This document shows, in pieces, positions 18,296 to 27,392 of a DNA stretch of 53,373 nt (positions are counted from its first letter, which is position 1; every line of letters starts with the position of its first letter). The position numbers and the translations under genes were made by a program. The stretch is from Minisyncoccota bacterium (GTDB lineage: Bacteria > Patescibacteriota > Minisyncoccia > Phycocordibacterales > UBA9973): NCBI GenBank assembly GCA_041666045.1, contig JBAYHR010000005.1, positions 1-53,373 on the forward strand, in the 5' to 3' direction. Under the pieces are notes generated by a model. The model worked only from the letters and a program-made list of their open reading frames with translations, had not been told where the DNA came from and did not search any database.

Positions 18296-18551
18296 TCCCG
18301 TTAGAAGCAGGTCGCCCCAAGGTGACCGTAGCACTCACTTTTTAGTGAGGGCGGCTTCTAACGGGATTAATTTCTACCAACGTTTTTTGAGTCCACTAAA
18401 GAAACCGAGTTGTGTTTTTTATCCTTCTTGTTCAGAGTATTCAAAACAAGCAATAAATAAATATGGTGTTTTAAAAGGTTTTAAACTTTCTTTTCTTCGT
18501 ATTATTCGTTGCCATCCTTGGCAAAAAAATCATATTGACCCCGTTAAATAA
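18261..18551 (+). CDS. yidD: membrane protein insertion efficiency factor YidD, with a 27-codon palindromic insertion near the N-terminus
   Basis: Core FYQRFLSP...CVFYPSCSEYSKQAI...RIIRCHPW is the YidD signature. Removing 18291-18371 gives a normal N-terminus of the form MKLKSLLIKFIN-FYQRF. Confidence 0.75.
   Translation: MKLKSLLIKFINPVRSRSPQGDRSTHFLVRAASNGINFYQRFLSPLKKPSCVFYPSCSEYSKQAINKYGVLKGFKLSFLRIIRCHPWQKNHIDPVK
18291..18371. repeat. 81-nt GC-rich palindromic insertion element, in frame in yidD and overlapping the rnpA stop
   Basis: Perfect 18-nt arms attaatcccgttagaagc / gcttctaacgggattaat. The core has two sub-hairpins (ggtcgcc..ggtgacc and ctcac..gtgag). The arms resemble those of murI insertion 1. 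Confidence 0.7.
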
Positions 18552-18629
18552 AAACTTAATTATAAATTTTTTCTAGTAAGCAAAATGAACCTAGTAGTCA
18601 CAGGCGAAAAGCTTTATAATTAAGTTTTT
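18550..18629. repeat. 80-nt hairpin element between yidD and yidC (possible terminator)
   Basis: Perfect 17-nt arms aaaaacttaattataaa / tttataattaagttttt. The core ends in caggcgaaaa, the same 10-mer found in the 48281 element. Confidence 0.55.
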
Positions 18630-18671
18630 CTAAAATTTTGCTTTTTTAACATTTTCATATAGAATAAGAAA

Positions 18672-19427
18672 ATGTTAACTCAAATTTGGGATGTTGCATT
18701 ATATAAGCCACTTGTTAATGCTTTGGCGTTTTTAGTTTCCGTTGTTCCGGGTGGGGACATTGGTATTGCTGTTATAATTCTTACTTTATTAGTTAAAACT
18801 GCTTTATATCCATTATCGCAACGTTCTATTGAAAGTCAGGCTAAAATGAATCTTCTTTCTCCAGAGCTTAAAAAAATTAAAGCAAGCGGAGCAAGTAAAG
18901 AAGAACAAGCAAAACAAACGATGGAACTTTATAAAAAACACAAAACAAACCCTTTTTCTGGGTGTCTTTTGGTTTTAATACAAATTCCTATTATTTTTGC
19001 TTTATATTATGTTTTTTATAAAGGAATAAATTTTGATAGTGGAATTCTTTATTCTTTTGTCCATATTCCAGATAATATAAATATGAATTTTCTTGGGCTT
19101 ATTGATATTGGTAAAAAAAGTCTAATTTTAGCCATATTGGCTGGTTTATCACAGTTTTTTCAAGCATATTATATGCCTAAACCAGCTGTTTCTTCTGATA
19201 AGGGTGGTGGTTTTGCAGAAAGTTTTGGTAAGAGTATGAATATGCAAATGAAATACATTTTCCCTTTTGTAGTTACTTTTATTGCGTATAGTATTTCTGG
19301 CGCTATTGCATTATATTGGATTACAAGTAATGTTTTTGCCATAGGTCAGCAAATTCATGCCAAAAAGAAGAAATTTAGTATTATAGTTCATGGCCACAAA
19401 TTAGAAACACAAGCAGAAAAGAAGTAG
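18672..19427 (+). CDS. yidC: membrane protein insertase YidC (short, Gram-positive type)
   Basis: 251 aa, polytopic, with motifs such as LYPLSQRS and NPFSGCLLVLIQIPI. Confidence 0.9.
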   Translation: MLTQIWDVALYKPLVNALAFLVSVVPGGDIGIAVIILTLLVKTALYPLSQRSIESQAKMNLLSPELKKIKASGASKEEQAKQTMELYKKHKTNPFSGCLLVLIQIPIIFALYYVFYKGINFDSGILYSFVHIPDNINMNFLGLIDIGKKSLILAILAGLSQFFQAYYMPKPAVSSDKGGGFAESFGKSMNMQMKYIFPFVVTFIAYSISGAIALYWITSNVFAIGQQIHAKKKKFSIIVHGHKLETQAEKK

Positions 19428-19447
19428 TTATAAAGTTCATTAAATCT

Positions 19448-19936
19448 ATGAATAAGAATGAAATACAAAATTTAATAAAAGAATTAATTGAGAAAACAAC
19501 TATAAGTGTAAAAGATATTACTATTACTGAAGATAATGGTAAAACAACATGGTTTTCAGTTGAAGTTTCTGATCCGCATTTTTTTATAGGACGTAGTGGT
19601 GAAGGTCTTTCAGCGTTAAATCACATAGTTAGAAGAATAGTTGAATCTAAACAACTATCTATGTCCGACATAGGCACAGGAAACACTGAAAATATGTCAA
19701 TTTTAGTTGATATTAATGGTTTTCAAAAAAAGAGAACAGAAAATATCCATGCAATAGCGCATATGATGGCAGAACGCGCTAGATATTTTAAATCAAATAT
19801 AGAAATTGATCCAATGTCAGCTTTTGAGCGTAGAATTGTGCATGAATTTTTATCTAATGAAACAGATTTAAAAACCGAATCAACAGGGGAAGGATTATCT
19901 CGCAGAGTTGTAATAAAATACATAGGAACTATATAA
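19448..19936 (+). CDS. jag: Jag/KhpB RNA-binding protein (KH + R3H)
   Basis: 162 aa with the R3H region FERRIVHEFLS, in the conserved position after yidC. Confidence 0.85.
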   Translation: MNKNEIQNLIKELIEKTTISVKDITITEDNGKTTWFSVEVSDPHFFIGRSGEGLSALNHIVRRIVESKQLSMSDIGTGNTENMSILVDINGFQKKRTENIHAIAHMMAERARYFKSNIEIDPMSAFERRIVHEFLSNETDLKTESTGEGLSRRVVIKYIGTI

Positions 19937-19956
19937 AAACTTTATTATTCCAGTTT

Positions 19957-21306
19957 TTATTTTAAGTTAAGTTTCCAAAGATAAGAATCTTTTTTGTTTA
20001 CAAAAAATAGATAATTTTCACCTTCATCTAATGTAAGTTTTATAGTATCTATATCTTCTCCCCCATTAGTTGAGACCATATCTGAAATTATGGTTGTCCT
20101 TCCATCTGAAATATTTATTTTCCAAAGTTCATCTGAAAAAGAAGTTTCTCCCATATACCATGAGTCTGGATATTCTTTTGTTTCAATAAATTTAGGTACA
20201 GCGCAATATATTACGTCACTTGTTTTGTTCCAAACACACTTTTCTGGCAAAGTTTGTATTCCAAGCGTATTAATTTCTCTTGTATTTACATTATAAACAC
20301 TAAGAGATAAATTATTGTTTCCATATAAAACTAGTTTTCCATCTGGGCTCATTAGTGTTGTGAGACCATTTATTCCACCTAATATTTTATTAAAATCTTT
20401 TCTGTCTGGATTTATTGCATACATATATCCTGGCACATTTGCAGACGGCTTGGATGTAAGAGTAATTATATTTTTATTTGGCCAAAATGATGTCCATTCT
20501 GTAAATGAAGAATCGAATACTTGAGATTTTTTATTAGTAAGTGGGTCTAATGTTATTCCGACGGTAGTATTCCCTGTGTTAAATAAATAAAAAATTTTTG
20601 AGCTATTAGGAGAAATACTTACATCTGTGACATTTTCTGGCAAAAATATCCCACTTATTTCATTGCCCCCTGTTGTGTCTGCGCCTAAAAATTCTTTTGG
20701 CAAACTTCCTATAAAGCTTTCTATTGTTATTCCATCAGATTTCAAATATCTCATTATCACAGATTCCCCACTGTTTGCCAAATATGATTCACGAACTGCT
20801 GGTATTATGGTTTCTGAGAATTTTCTTTCGTCTATTTTATCAGCGAAAGTTTGATAAATGTTTCCTGTTGCTCTATCCACATATCTTAAAGCTGGCACGA
20901 ATTCAGTCGGTGGTGGGGTAGGTTTAGTTGTTTCTGTTGTGGTTGATTGTGGTGAGCTTGTTAAATCTATTTGTTCTACTGGAATTACTGTTGGCACATC
21001 TTTAAATCTTTCTTTCATAAATATTCCATATCCAGCTATTGGCATACTGGAAACTTTATTTAATTTAACTATTGGCGTTTCTGTCGTTGAATTTAACTCA
21101 AACCCTGAAATATCAGCTGGAGGAATTGTGTCTGTTGTTTGTGTGGCTGGCTTGCTGGTTGGAAAAAATTGAGAAAAGAAGTTTGTGCCTGTTGTTGTTC
21201 CTGTTTGACCAACTGTTCCTGAATTAGAAAAATATAAATATCCAAAAGTAACAATTACTATTGTTACTAATGCTATTATTAAAAGTTTTAAATTTCTTTT
21301 TGACAT
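19957..21306 (-). CDS. membrane-anchored secreted protein with a PD40/TolB-like beta-propeller signature
   Basis: 449 aa. N-terminal TM anchor, a T/P-rich linker, and PD40-like motifs such as MSPDGKLVLYGNN. Confidence 0.4.
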   Translation of the reverse strand: MSKRNLKLLIIALVTIVIVTFGYLYFSNSGTVGQTGTTTGTNFFSQFFPTSKPATQTTDTIPPADISGFELNSTTETPIVKLNKVSSMPIAGYGIFMKERFKDVPTVIPVEQIDLTSSPQSTTTETTKPTPPPTEFVPALRYVDRATGNIYQTFADKIDERKFSETIIPAVRESYLANSGESVIMRYLKSDGITIESFIGSLPKEFLGADTTGGNEISGIFLPENVTDVSISPNSSKIFYLFNTGNTTVGITLDPLTNKKSQVFDSSFTEWTSFWPNKNIITLTSKPSANVPGYMYAINPDRKDFNKILGGINGLTTLMSPDGKLVLYGNNNLSLSVYNVNTREINTLGIQTLPEKCVWNKTSDVIYCAVPKFIETKEYPDSWYMGETSFSDELWKINISDGRTTIISDMVSTNGGEDIDTIKLTLDEGENYLFFVNKKDSYLWKLNLK

Positions 21307-21320
21307 AAAATTAAATATTT

Positions 21321-22694
21321 TTAGCTTCCATCATCAGACCAGTGCCATGATTCACTGGCTAAATTTTTTAAACCATATGTTTTTGCATTATTAGAAAGCC
21401 ATTTAAAACAAACACTATTTTTTCCACCTGATTTTTCCATACTTTGTCCATTGCATGTAAAATCAATTGCTTTTCCTGATTCATGTTTTGAGTGGCCAGG
21501 TCTAGCTGTTGGAGGTTTGCATGTATTAGATGGTGAAGTATATATATCTGGGCATTTATGTTTTTTTCTGAGGTCTATTTGTTGATCATAAGTTCTTGCT
21601 CCCCAACCAGAGAGTATAATATTTACTTTTTTAGCCGCAGCAAGCATTTTTTGTGAATTTTCAGAAATAGATTTACATACGTTTATTTTTGTTGGTGATC
21701 CATAGGTGGTAATGTTTGTGTATCCTTCCTTGCAAGTACCTGTTGGGCTTGTAAGATTTGATGTACCTTCCCATGGTGCTAATTCTGTTTCAGGATCTAT
21801 TGTTAATGTTGCTTGTTCTAGTTTACTTAATCCTACATTAAGCAGATCCGGATTTAAAGTATTTAATATTGCATAAGAGCCAAGCGCTAATATAAGTCCT
21901 AATATTGCATGTGTTATTCTTTCTTTTCCTTCATTTTTTCCTGAAACAAGTTCACTCGTCATATATTCTATTCCACCCATTACAATCATTATCATTGAAA
22001 GAACTGCTGCAATGCCGATGAATATTTGTATCATCATATTTAAATAACCAGCAAAGCCTGTTCCCGGCGTGCAACCTTTATCTGTTGGGCCACAAGGGAC
22101 GCAAGTTTCTACTCCACCCTCAGTCGTGCATTTTTGAGTGCCAAGTTTTATACAAGTAGTTTTTGGAGGATTTGAATTATCTTGTGTGCAATTGGTTTCC
22201 CCTACTCCTGGCAATGGAGCTAAAGGATAATAATTTTCCTCTGTTTTTGTATTATTCTCCGTTGTTGGAATTATTGTATTATAAATTATTACTGGTTTTG
22301 AATTTGATTCAGTGCCTGTAGTTTTTGAAAAAGTTGCTGTTTTGTCTCCTATTCGCACATTAACTTGATAAGAAACACCTTGAACTAAAGTATTTTTAGT
22401 ATTATAAACAGCTTGATTGTTTATTATTTTTTCTATTATTGATTCTTCTTCTGTTGTTTTTGCATCAATTGTTTTAAAAAGTTTTACACTGGCGGAAGTG
22501 TTGTCTGGAACGTTTGTTGTATTAATTGAAATTAACCATGACCATCGGTCTGTTTGTGTGTTTAAGTCTTCTTTTTCTAATTTTAATGTAAGTGTTGGAT
22601 CAGCCGCTAAGCTTGCAATAGGAAAAACTAAACTAACCAAAAATAGCGTTAAAAAAGAAAAACTTATTATTTTTTTTATTTTAGAAATTAACAT
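21321..22694 (-). CDS. fusion protein: secreted N-domain + T4SS-pilin-like (TrbC/VirB2-like) two-TM module + M15 (VanY-like) peptidase
   Basis: 457 aa. Signal peptide and a Cys-rich linker. The two-TM module is FAGYLNMMIQIFIGIAAVLSMIMIVMGGIEYMTS...AILGLILALGSYAILNTL. The C-terminus has HSKHESGKAIDF and SWHWSDDG, typical of zinc D-Ala-D-Ala carboxypeptidases. Confidence 0.5.
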   Translation of the reverse strand: MLISKIKKIISFSFLTLFLVSLVFPIASLAADPTLTLKLEKEDLNTQTDRWSWLISINTTNVPDNTSASVKLFKTIDAKTTEEESIIEKIINNQAVYNTKNTLVQGVSYQVNVRIGDKTATFSKTTGTESNSKPVIIYNTIIPTTENNTKTEENYYPLAPLPGVGETNCTQDNSNPPKTTCIKLGTQKCTTEGGVETCVPCGPTDKGCTPGTGFAGYLNMMIQIFIGIAAVLSMIMIVMGGIEYMTSELVSGKNEGKERITHAILGLILALGSYAILNTLNPDLLNVGLSKLEQATLTIDPETELAPWEGTSNLTSPTGTCKEGYTNITTYGSPTKINVCKSISENSQKMLAAAKKVNIILSGWGARTYDQQIDLRKKHKCPDIYTSPSNTCKPPTARPGHSKHESGKAIDFTCNGQSMEKSGGKNSVCFKWLSNNAKTYGLKNLASESWHWSDDGS

Positions 22695-23649
22695 TGATTT
22701 CTTTTTCCAAATTTAAAAACATGCTTTTAATATTATTTATTGTAACTTTTACAGTTGAGTTTCCTATTTGCCCCGCTTCTGGCCTTATTCCAAGCTCATT
22801 TTTTGGATTAGGGGTAGTTATATCAGAACCGCCAAGCAACCATTTGAATTCCAGATCAGAAGAATTTAAATTTTTAGGTGAGAAAAAATAAGGCTCGGCA
22901 ATAAAAATTATTCCACTTTGATCTATTACAAATCCATTATCTATAGCTTTTTCGTATTTTGTGCCAAGATTTAAATCTTTCTGATAAAAAACTATTTTTG
23001 GATTTATTGGATTTATTGTTATTTTTCCTTGTCCGCTATTATTTCCTGCTAAATTTGATGTTGTTACTTCTACTGTATTTTGTTTGTCTAAAAAACTATT
23101 TTTGAATATGTAATAATTTTTTTTATAACCAGAAGAATCTGGTTTATTTGTATCATCTAGTTTCCAATTATAACTAAGGCCTGCGCTGTCGCGTGAATTA
23201 GTCAAAGCAACGATTTTTAATGTTCCTTCTCTTGCATTAAGGGCTTTTCCTTTATAAAATGGCGGTGTGTAAGAATCAGGCGCTTCCCAAAGCATATCTA
23301 TGTCGCTTGGAGTTATAATTATTTTTTTATTAATAAAAGATCCGTCAGAAGTTTGTATTTCCACTTCAAGAATTGTTTGAAGTCCGGTACTTGCGGTGGT
23401 AAAAGAAAAATCTTTCTTACCAACAGCTTGTATTGATAGTTGTCCGTTTAATTTCCAAGAAATATTTGCTTTATTCAAATCAGTTGAAAAAGTTGCGACA
23501 GATGCTTTTACTTCTTCGTTTGCTTTGGGATAGTTAGGATTTATACTGAGAACAACATCTGCACTTTGTACTTGCGCGTATACAGAAAAAGCGAAAAATA
23601 CATATATAAAAGCAGAAAATAAAATTGTAATCTTTCTTGCCATATTCAC
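22681..23649 (-). CDS. secreted beta-rich protein, unknown function
   Basis: 322 aa with a signal peptide (FAFSVYAQV). No family recognised. Overlaps the next gene by 14 nt. Confidence 0.45.
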   Translation of the reverse strand: MNMARKITILFSAFIYVFFAFSVYAQVQSADVVLSINPNYPKANEEVKASVATFSTDLNKANISWKLNGQLSIQAVGKKDFSFTTASTGLQTILEVEIQTSDGSFINKKIIITPSDIDMLWEAPDSYTPPFYKGKALNAREGTLKIVALTNSRDSAGLSYNWKLDDTNKPDSSGYKKNYYIFKNSFLDKQNTVEVTTSNLAGNNSGQGKITINPINPKIVFYQKDLNLGTKYEKAIDNGFVIDQSGIIFIAEPYFFSPKNLNSSDLEFKWLLGGSDITTPNPKNELGIRPEAGQIGNSTVKVTINNIKSMFLNLEKEINVNF

Positions 23650-23665
23650 ATTATATCACACATTT

Positions 23666-25501
23666 TTATCCTTTAGCTTCTTCTAATTCTTGTTTTTCCT
23701 TTTTAATTGAAAGAATTTGAGATGGATCAGAAGTTATTATTTGGTCTTCTGTATAAGAAGATATTACCTTTATTGCCACGTGTTTTAATCCTGCGAAGAA
23801 TATTCCCTCTCCCACGCCCGATTCTAGAAGTAAATATTTTTCTTCATCTGTAAGATTAAATGTTTTTTGTAATACGTCTATAGTAGAGGGTGATTGTTTA
23901 AGAAGGATTTGAATTGATGAGTTGGTAACAATAGGCACTCCATAAGGAGATTTCATAAAGTCTGCAGCGTCTTGGGTTATGGTCATAAGTCCTAAATAAT
24001 ATTTTCTTCCTCTTTTTGCTATAGAATATAAAAATGACGCAGTATCTTCAGATTTCATCATCCACCAAGCTTCGTCCACAACCAATAAGCGCTTTTTTAA
24101 GTTTTTACGGATAGCATTCCAAATATAATGAGTAACTATATACATGGCTATTGGTTTTAATTCATCTTCCATATCACGAACAGAAAATACTACGAATTTT
24201 TTATTAATATCAACATTGGAAGGTTTGTTTAAAAATGTAGACCAAGAACCGCGTGTATATTTGATAAGTCTTTGAACAACAGAATCACTTCCTTCCATTC
24301 CAGAAAGTACCATCTCAAAGTCTGAAAGAAGTGGCGGTTCAATATTTGTAAAATCAGATTCTGGTGTTATGTCTTTTATCGCATAAGTTTCTGAAATAGC
24401 GCGGTCCACCATAGAATCTTCTTCTGGGGTAAGACCACCTAACATAAGCCTGAAAAGACCCACTAAATTGATAATATTTGAACGTAATACATCTTCCGCT
24501 GTTTCATCTTCTCTCGGCATTGGCAAGTCAAACGGGTTGATATGGTGATCAGAAGACAAAGATATATTAAAATATCTTCCACCAACTGCTTCTGCTAAGT
24601 ATTCATATTCTCGTTCTGGGTCTATAACTATCACATCAATATCAAACATTAAAGATCTTAAAATTTCCAGTTTTGTGGCATAAGATTTTCCAGATCCAGA
24701 TTTGGCAAAAGTTACAGAGTTGTAGTTTTCTAATGAAAATCTGTCAAAAATAACTAGACTTGAATTGTGCCTGTTTACTCCATAAAGTATCCCTTTGTCT
24801 GAGGTTAAGTCAAAAGAGATAAATGGAAAGATGCTTGAAAGCGGTTCAGAATTTAATTTTTGGTGAATACCTAAAATATCATTACCTATTGGTATAACGC
24901 TTTTAAATCCATCTTCTTGTTGAAATAATGCCGGTTTAATATATATTAATTTTGATTCAAGAATGGATTTTATTTCACTTTCAATTTTAAAAAGTTCCAT
25001 ATCATTATCGGCATATATTGTAATATATACACCAACATCAAACATTTTTTCTTGCGCCTGCATTAAATTATCACGGAGACCTTCTAAGTCTTGATATGCA
25101 GTATCTAGCATTGGGTCACGCACCATGCCTTTAGATTCACGCACACTTATTTGACTTTGAACCTCAGCAACCTTTTTTTGAAATTGTCGCAGTGCCAAAG
25201 AAGTATCTATCGGATGTATAAAAATTGAAACATCAAAAACTTTATCCAAGTTTATTATTGGAGAAAACCAGTTATCAGTCAAGAATTTGGGATAAGATAT
25301 TATAAAAAAAGTACGCGCTATTTTATCACCCAAATTTATAGATTTTGATTCTATTTTTAAAGCTGATGGAGCTATGACGTCTTGGAGTTCAAGCGTTGCT
25401 GATTCGTAGATTTCCGCAGGCATTACTGCTAATACAGAAGCACTTGCTCCTTCGTTTGTTTCTATCTTCTTTTTTCCTAATAATGTATCTAAAAATGACA
25501 T
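23666..25501 (-). CDS. VirB4/TraE-like type IV secretion ATPase (C-terminal two thirds)
   Basis: 611 aa. Walker A FAKSGSGKSY, Walker B LLVVDEAWWMM, and the region IARTFFIISYPKFLTDNWF typical of Gram-positive VirB4 homologues. Confidence 0.75.
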   Translation of the reverse strand: MSFLDTLLGKKKIETNEGASASVLAVMPAEIYESATLELQDVIAPSALKIESKSINLGDKIARTFFIISYPKFLTDNWFSPIINLDKVFDVSIFIHPIDTSLALRQFQKKVAEVQSQISVRESKGMVRDPMLDTAYQDLEGLRDNLMQAQEKMFDVGVYITIYADNDMELFKIESEIKSILESKLIYIKPALFQQEDGFKSVIPIGNDILGIHQKLNSEPLSSIFPFISFDLTSDKGILYGVNRHNSSLVIFDRFSLENYNSVTFAKSGSGKSYATKLEILRSLMFDIDVIVIDPEREYEYLAEAVGGRYFNISLSSDHHINPFDLPMPREDETAEDVLRSNIINLVGLFRLMLGGLTPEEDSMVDRAISETYAIKDITPESDFTNIEPPLLSDFEMVLSGMEGSDSVVQRLIKYTRGSWSTFLNKPSNVDINKKFVVFSVRDMEDELKPIAMYIVTHYIWNAIRKNLKKRLLVVDEAWWMMKSEDTASFLYSIAKRGRKYYLGLMTITQDAADFMKSPYGVPIVTNSSIQILLKQSPSTIDVLQKTFNLTDEEKYLLLESGVGEGIFFAGLKHVAIKVISSYTEDQIITSDPSQILSIKKEKQELEEAKG

Positions 25502-25505
25502 AAAA

Positions 25506-26153
25506 TTAATTTGTTTGTTCTAATTGTATCTTCCCTTCCAATTCGCCAGGATTAAATACTTTATAAAATACTTCTACAACTTCTTCTGTGCCAAGTTGGG
25601 CTGATTTTATTCCACAACGCGCAAGTCCTTGTTGTATTACACTCACTCTTTGTTCCATTTGTGATCTTTTTTCTTCAAAGTCTGCTTGTTCTGTAGCTTT
25701 TATTTCCTCTTTACTTTTTTTGGAAAATAATCCGCCAAATATTCCAGCTTCTGATTTTAATGTTGTGTGCGTGTAAGGAACTATAATAAAAAAACTTTTT
25801 GTCATTATGCTTACTGATTCTGTAAAATTTCTAATAAAATCTATATATTCTCTAGTTTGCAATTTAAGCAATGGCTCGTTTTGCACTTTCATTCTGTTTT
25901 CTAAAAGTAAAAGATAAGGACGAATATCTAATTTTCTTGATTGAATGGATATTTGTATGGAAAAATCTAATGTGTTTAAGAAACTTTGAAATTGAAGTAT
26001 TGTCGCTTTTTGTTCGTCATATGATTTTAAAGATAAGTTTGTTGAATTTGCCAATACAATAGAACGCAGTCCCCCATCTTTTAATACTATAATACCATCA
26101 CGGACTTCCTTGATTGGCACGAACTCTTGAGTTGCTTTTGCTGATATGGCCAT
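25506..26153 (-). CDS. VirB4 N-terminal-domain-like protein (apparent split of VirB4)
   Basis: Start taken at MAISAKATQEFVPIKEVRDGIIVLKDGG...ANSTNLSLKSYDEQKATILQFQSFLNTLDF, which resembles the extreme N-terminus of Gram-positive VirB4/TcpF/Orf16-type ATPases. The stop lies 4 nt before the ATPase ATG. Confidence 0.45.
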   Translation of the reverse strand: MAISAKATQEFVPIKEVRDGIIVLKDGGLRSIVLANSTNLSLKSYDEQKATILQFQSFLNTLDFSIQISIQSRKLDIRPYLLLLENRMKVQNEPLLKLQTREYIDFIRNFTESVSIMTKSFFIIVPYTHTTLKSEAGIFGGLFSKKSKEEIKATEQADFEEKRSQMEQRVSVIQQGLARCGIKSAQLGTEEVVEVFYKVFNPGELEGKIQLEQTN

Positions 26154-26173
26154 ATATTTTAAATTAAAAATTA

Positions 26174-26599
26174 TTATTTTTCTTTTTTTAAATCTAGAAC
26201 GTCTAGACTCCATGCTAAATCTTTTAATTTACTTCCACTAAGTCTTACTGTTTCTTTATTCAGTATTTGGTTTGTTTGTTGTATCGCAATTTCAGTTTTT
26301 TGTTTAACATTTATTTTATTTTCTCTTCTTTTCCAAATATAAAGCTTATCTTGAAAAAAGAATTTGAAACCAGACTCAAGCATATTTATAAAAGGTTTTC
26401 CATTTGGACGATAGAAGGTAAGAGCCAAAGAAAATGATGCAACTAAAGCCATTGGGATAAAACCTAATAATAACCCTAATAATTTATATAAAACAAAACA
26501 CAAACCTCCTCCCCCAGCCAAATAAATAAATTGCCTAAAGGTAAATGGTCCAAATATTTTATCTTCTATGTCTAAAAATTGTGGTACTTTAAACTGCAT
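26174..26599 (-). CDS. PrgI/VirB3-like small membrane protein
   Basis: 141 aa. MQFKVPQFLDIEDKIFGPFTFRQFIYLAGGG followed by two TM helices, and positioned directly upstream of VirB4. Confidence 0.5.
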   Translation of the reverse strand: MQFKVPQFLDIEDKIFGPFTFRQFIYLAGGGGLCFVLYKLLGLLLGFIPMALVASFSLALTFYRPNGKPFINMLESGFKFFFQDKLYIWKRRENKINVKQKTEIAIQQTNQILNKETVRLSGSKLKDLAWSLDVLDLKKEK

Positions 26600-26613
26600 A
26601 ATTTTATTTTACA

Positions 26614-27366
26614 CTACTCAGGCATTTCACGATATGGGTCTACTTTAACTGAAAAAGATGGTGAAGTGGAAGCTGTGGCGCCGGATGTTGGTTTTATTGT
26701 CGCTCCTAATGGAACTTTTACGCCAATATCTTTTGGACCTTCTGGTGTTTTGGAAGTTTTAGACATATTGTTTAGAGAATATTCTGTTTTTGTATTTGGT
26801 ATTTGGAAAGAACCGGAAAGTTTTTGCGCTGAGATTGATTGCATTATTTTTTTATTTTGCATTTCTTTTGCGATAAGTTCAGGATCTTCAATTTTTTTAA
26901 TCATTTCATCTCTTGAATCACCACTCCTCCCGTCCCCTCCTCCATAAGGCGGGGAAGCTTGCCCCCCCTCCTTTTCAAGGAGGGGGTTGGGGGTGGTAAT
27001 TTCTATCCCTGCGTTATTTAATATTTCATCGTCTTTTTTTTCTTCTTGTTTCCCATACAAAGACATTAATTTTTCTCTTATCTCTTTTAAGATTTTTTCA
27101 TTTACTTCATTTACTATTTTTTTGTTTTTATCATCTGGTAACTGCAGACTTCCTTTTACAGATGCTTCAAATTTGTCTGGATGAACAAAGCCAAACATAA
27201 CCATATGCGTTTCAAGAGATAATTGTCCCATTTGTTCCACAGTAAGATTATTTTCCTTGCCTATTTCTGTGATTTTTTCATCAACATTTACAGCCATAAT
27301 CGCCCATCTTAAATCTTCTGGTAAACTCTCAAACTTTTTTTGTATTTCTTCTAATGTTATTTCCAT
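26614..27366 (-). CDS. hypothetical protein carrying a GC-rich repeat insertion
   Basis: 250 aa. Helical N-domain and a low-complexity C-terminal half. The segment TTPNPLLEKEGGQASPPYGGGDGRSGDS is encoded by the repeat at 26921-26997. Confidence 0.5.
   Translation of the reverse strand: MEITLEEIQKKFESLPEDLRWAIMAVNVDEKITEIGKENNLTVEQMGQLSLETHMVMFGFVHPDKFEASVKGSLQLPDDKNKKIVNEVNEKILKEIREKLMSLYGKQEEKKDDEILNNAGIEITTPNPLLEKEGGQASPPYGGGDGRSGDSRDEMIKKIEDPELIAKEMQNKKIMQSISAQKLSGSFQIPNTKTEYSLNNMSKTSKTPEGPKDIGVKVPLGATIKPTSGATASTSPSFSVKVDPYREMPE
26921..26997. repeat. GC-rich hairpin repeat (about two tandem units), in frame
   Basis: cccctcc-tccataa-ggcgggg, then aagcttg, then ccccccctcc-ttttcaa-ggaggggg-ttgggggtgg. 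Same architecture as 36630-36667. Confidence 0.65.
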
Positions 27367-27392
27367 ACTATTTTTTATTTAACTAATAATAT

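Noticed and set aside
20090-21172. Several 65-104-aa plus-strand ORFs antisense to gene 19957-21306, and similar sets at 33322-35061, 38441-39315, 40663-41112 and 44042-44761
   Set aside because: They lie entirely inside long, better-supported minus-strand genes and have low-complexity hydrophobic translations. Such ORFs are typical antisense artefacts of AT-rich coding DNA with few antisense-frame stops.
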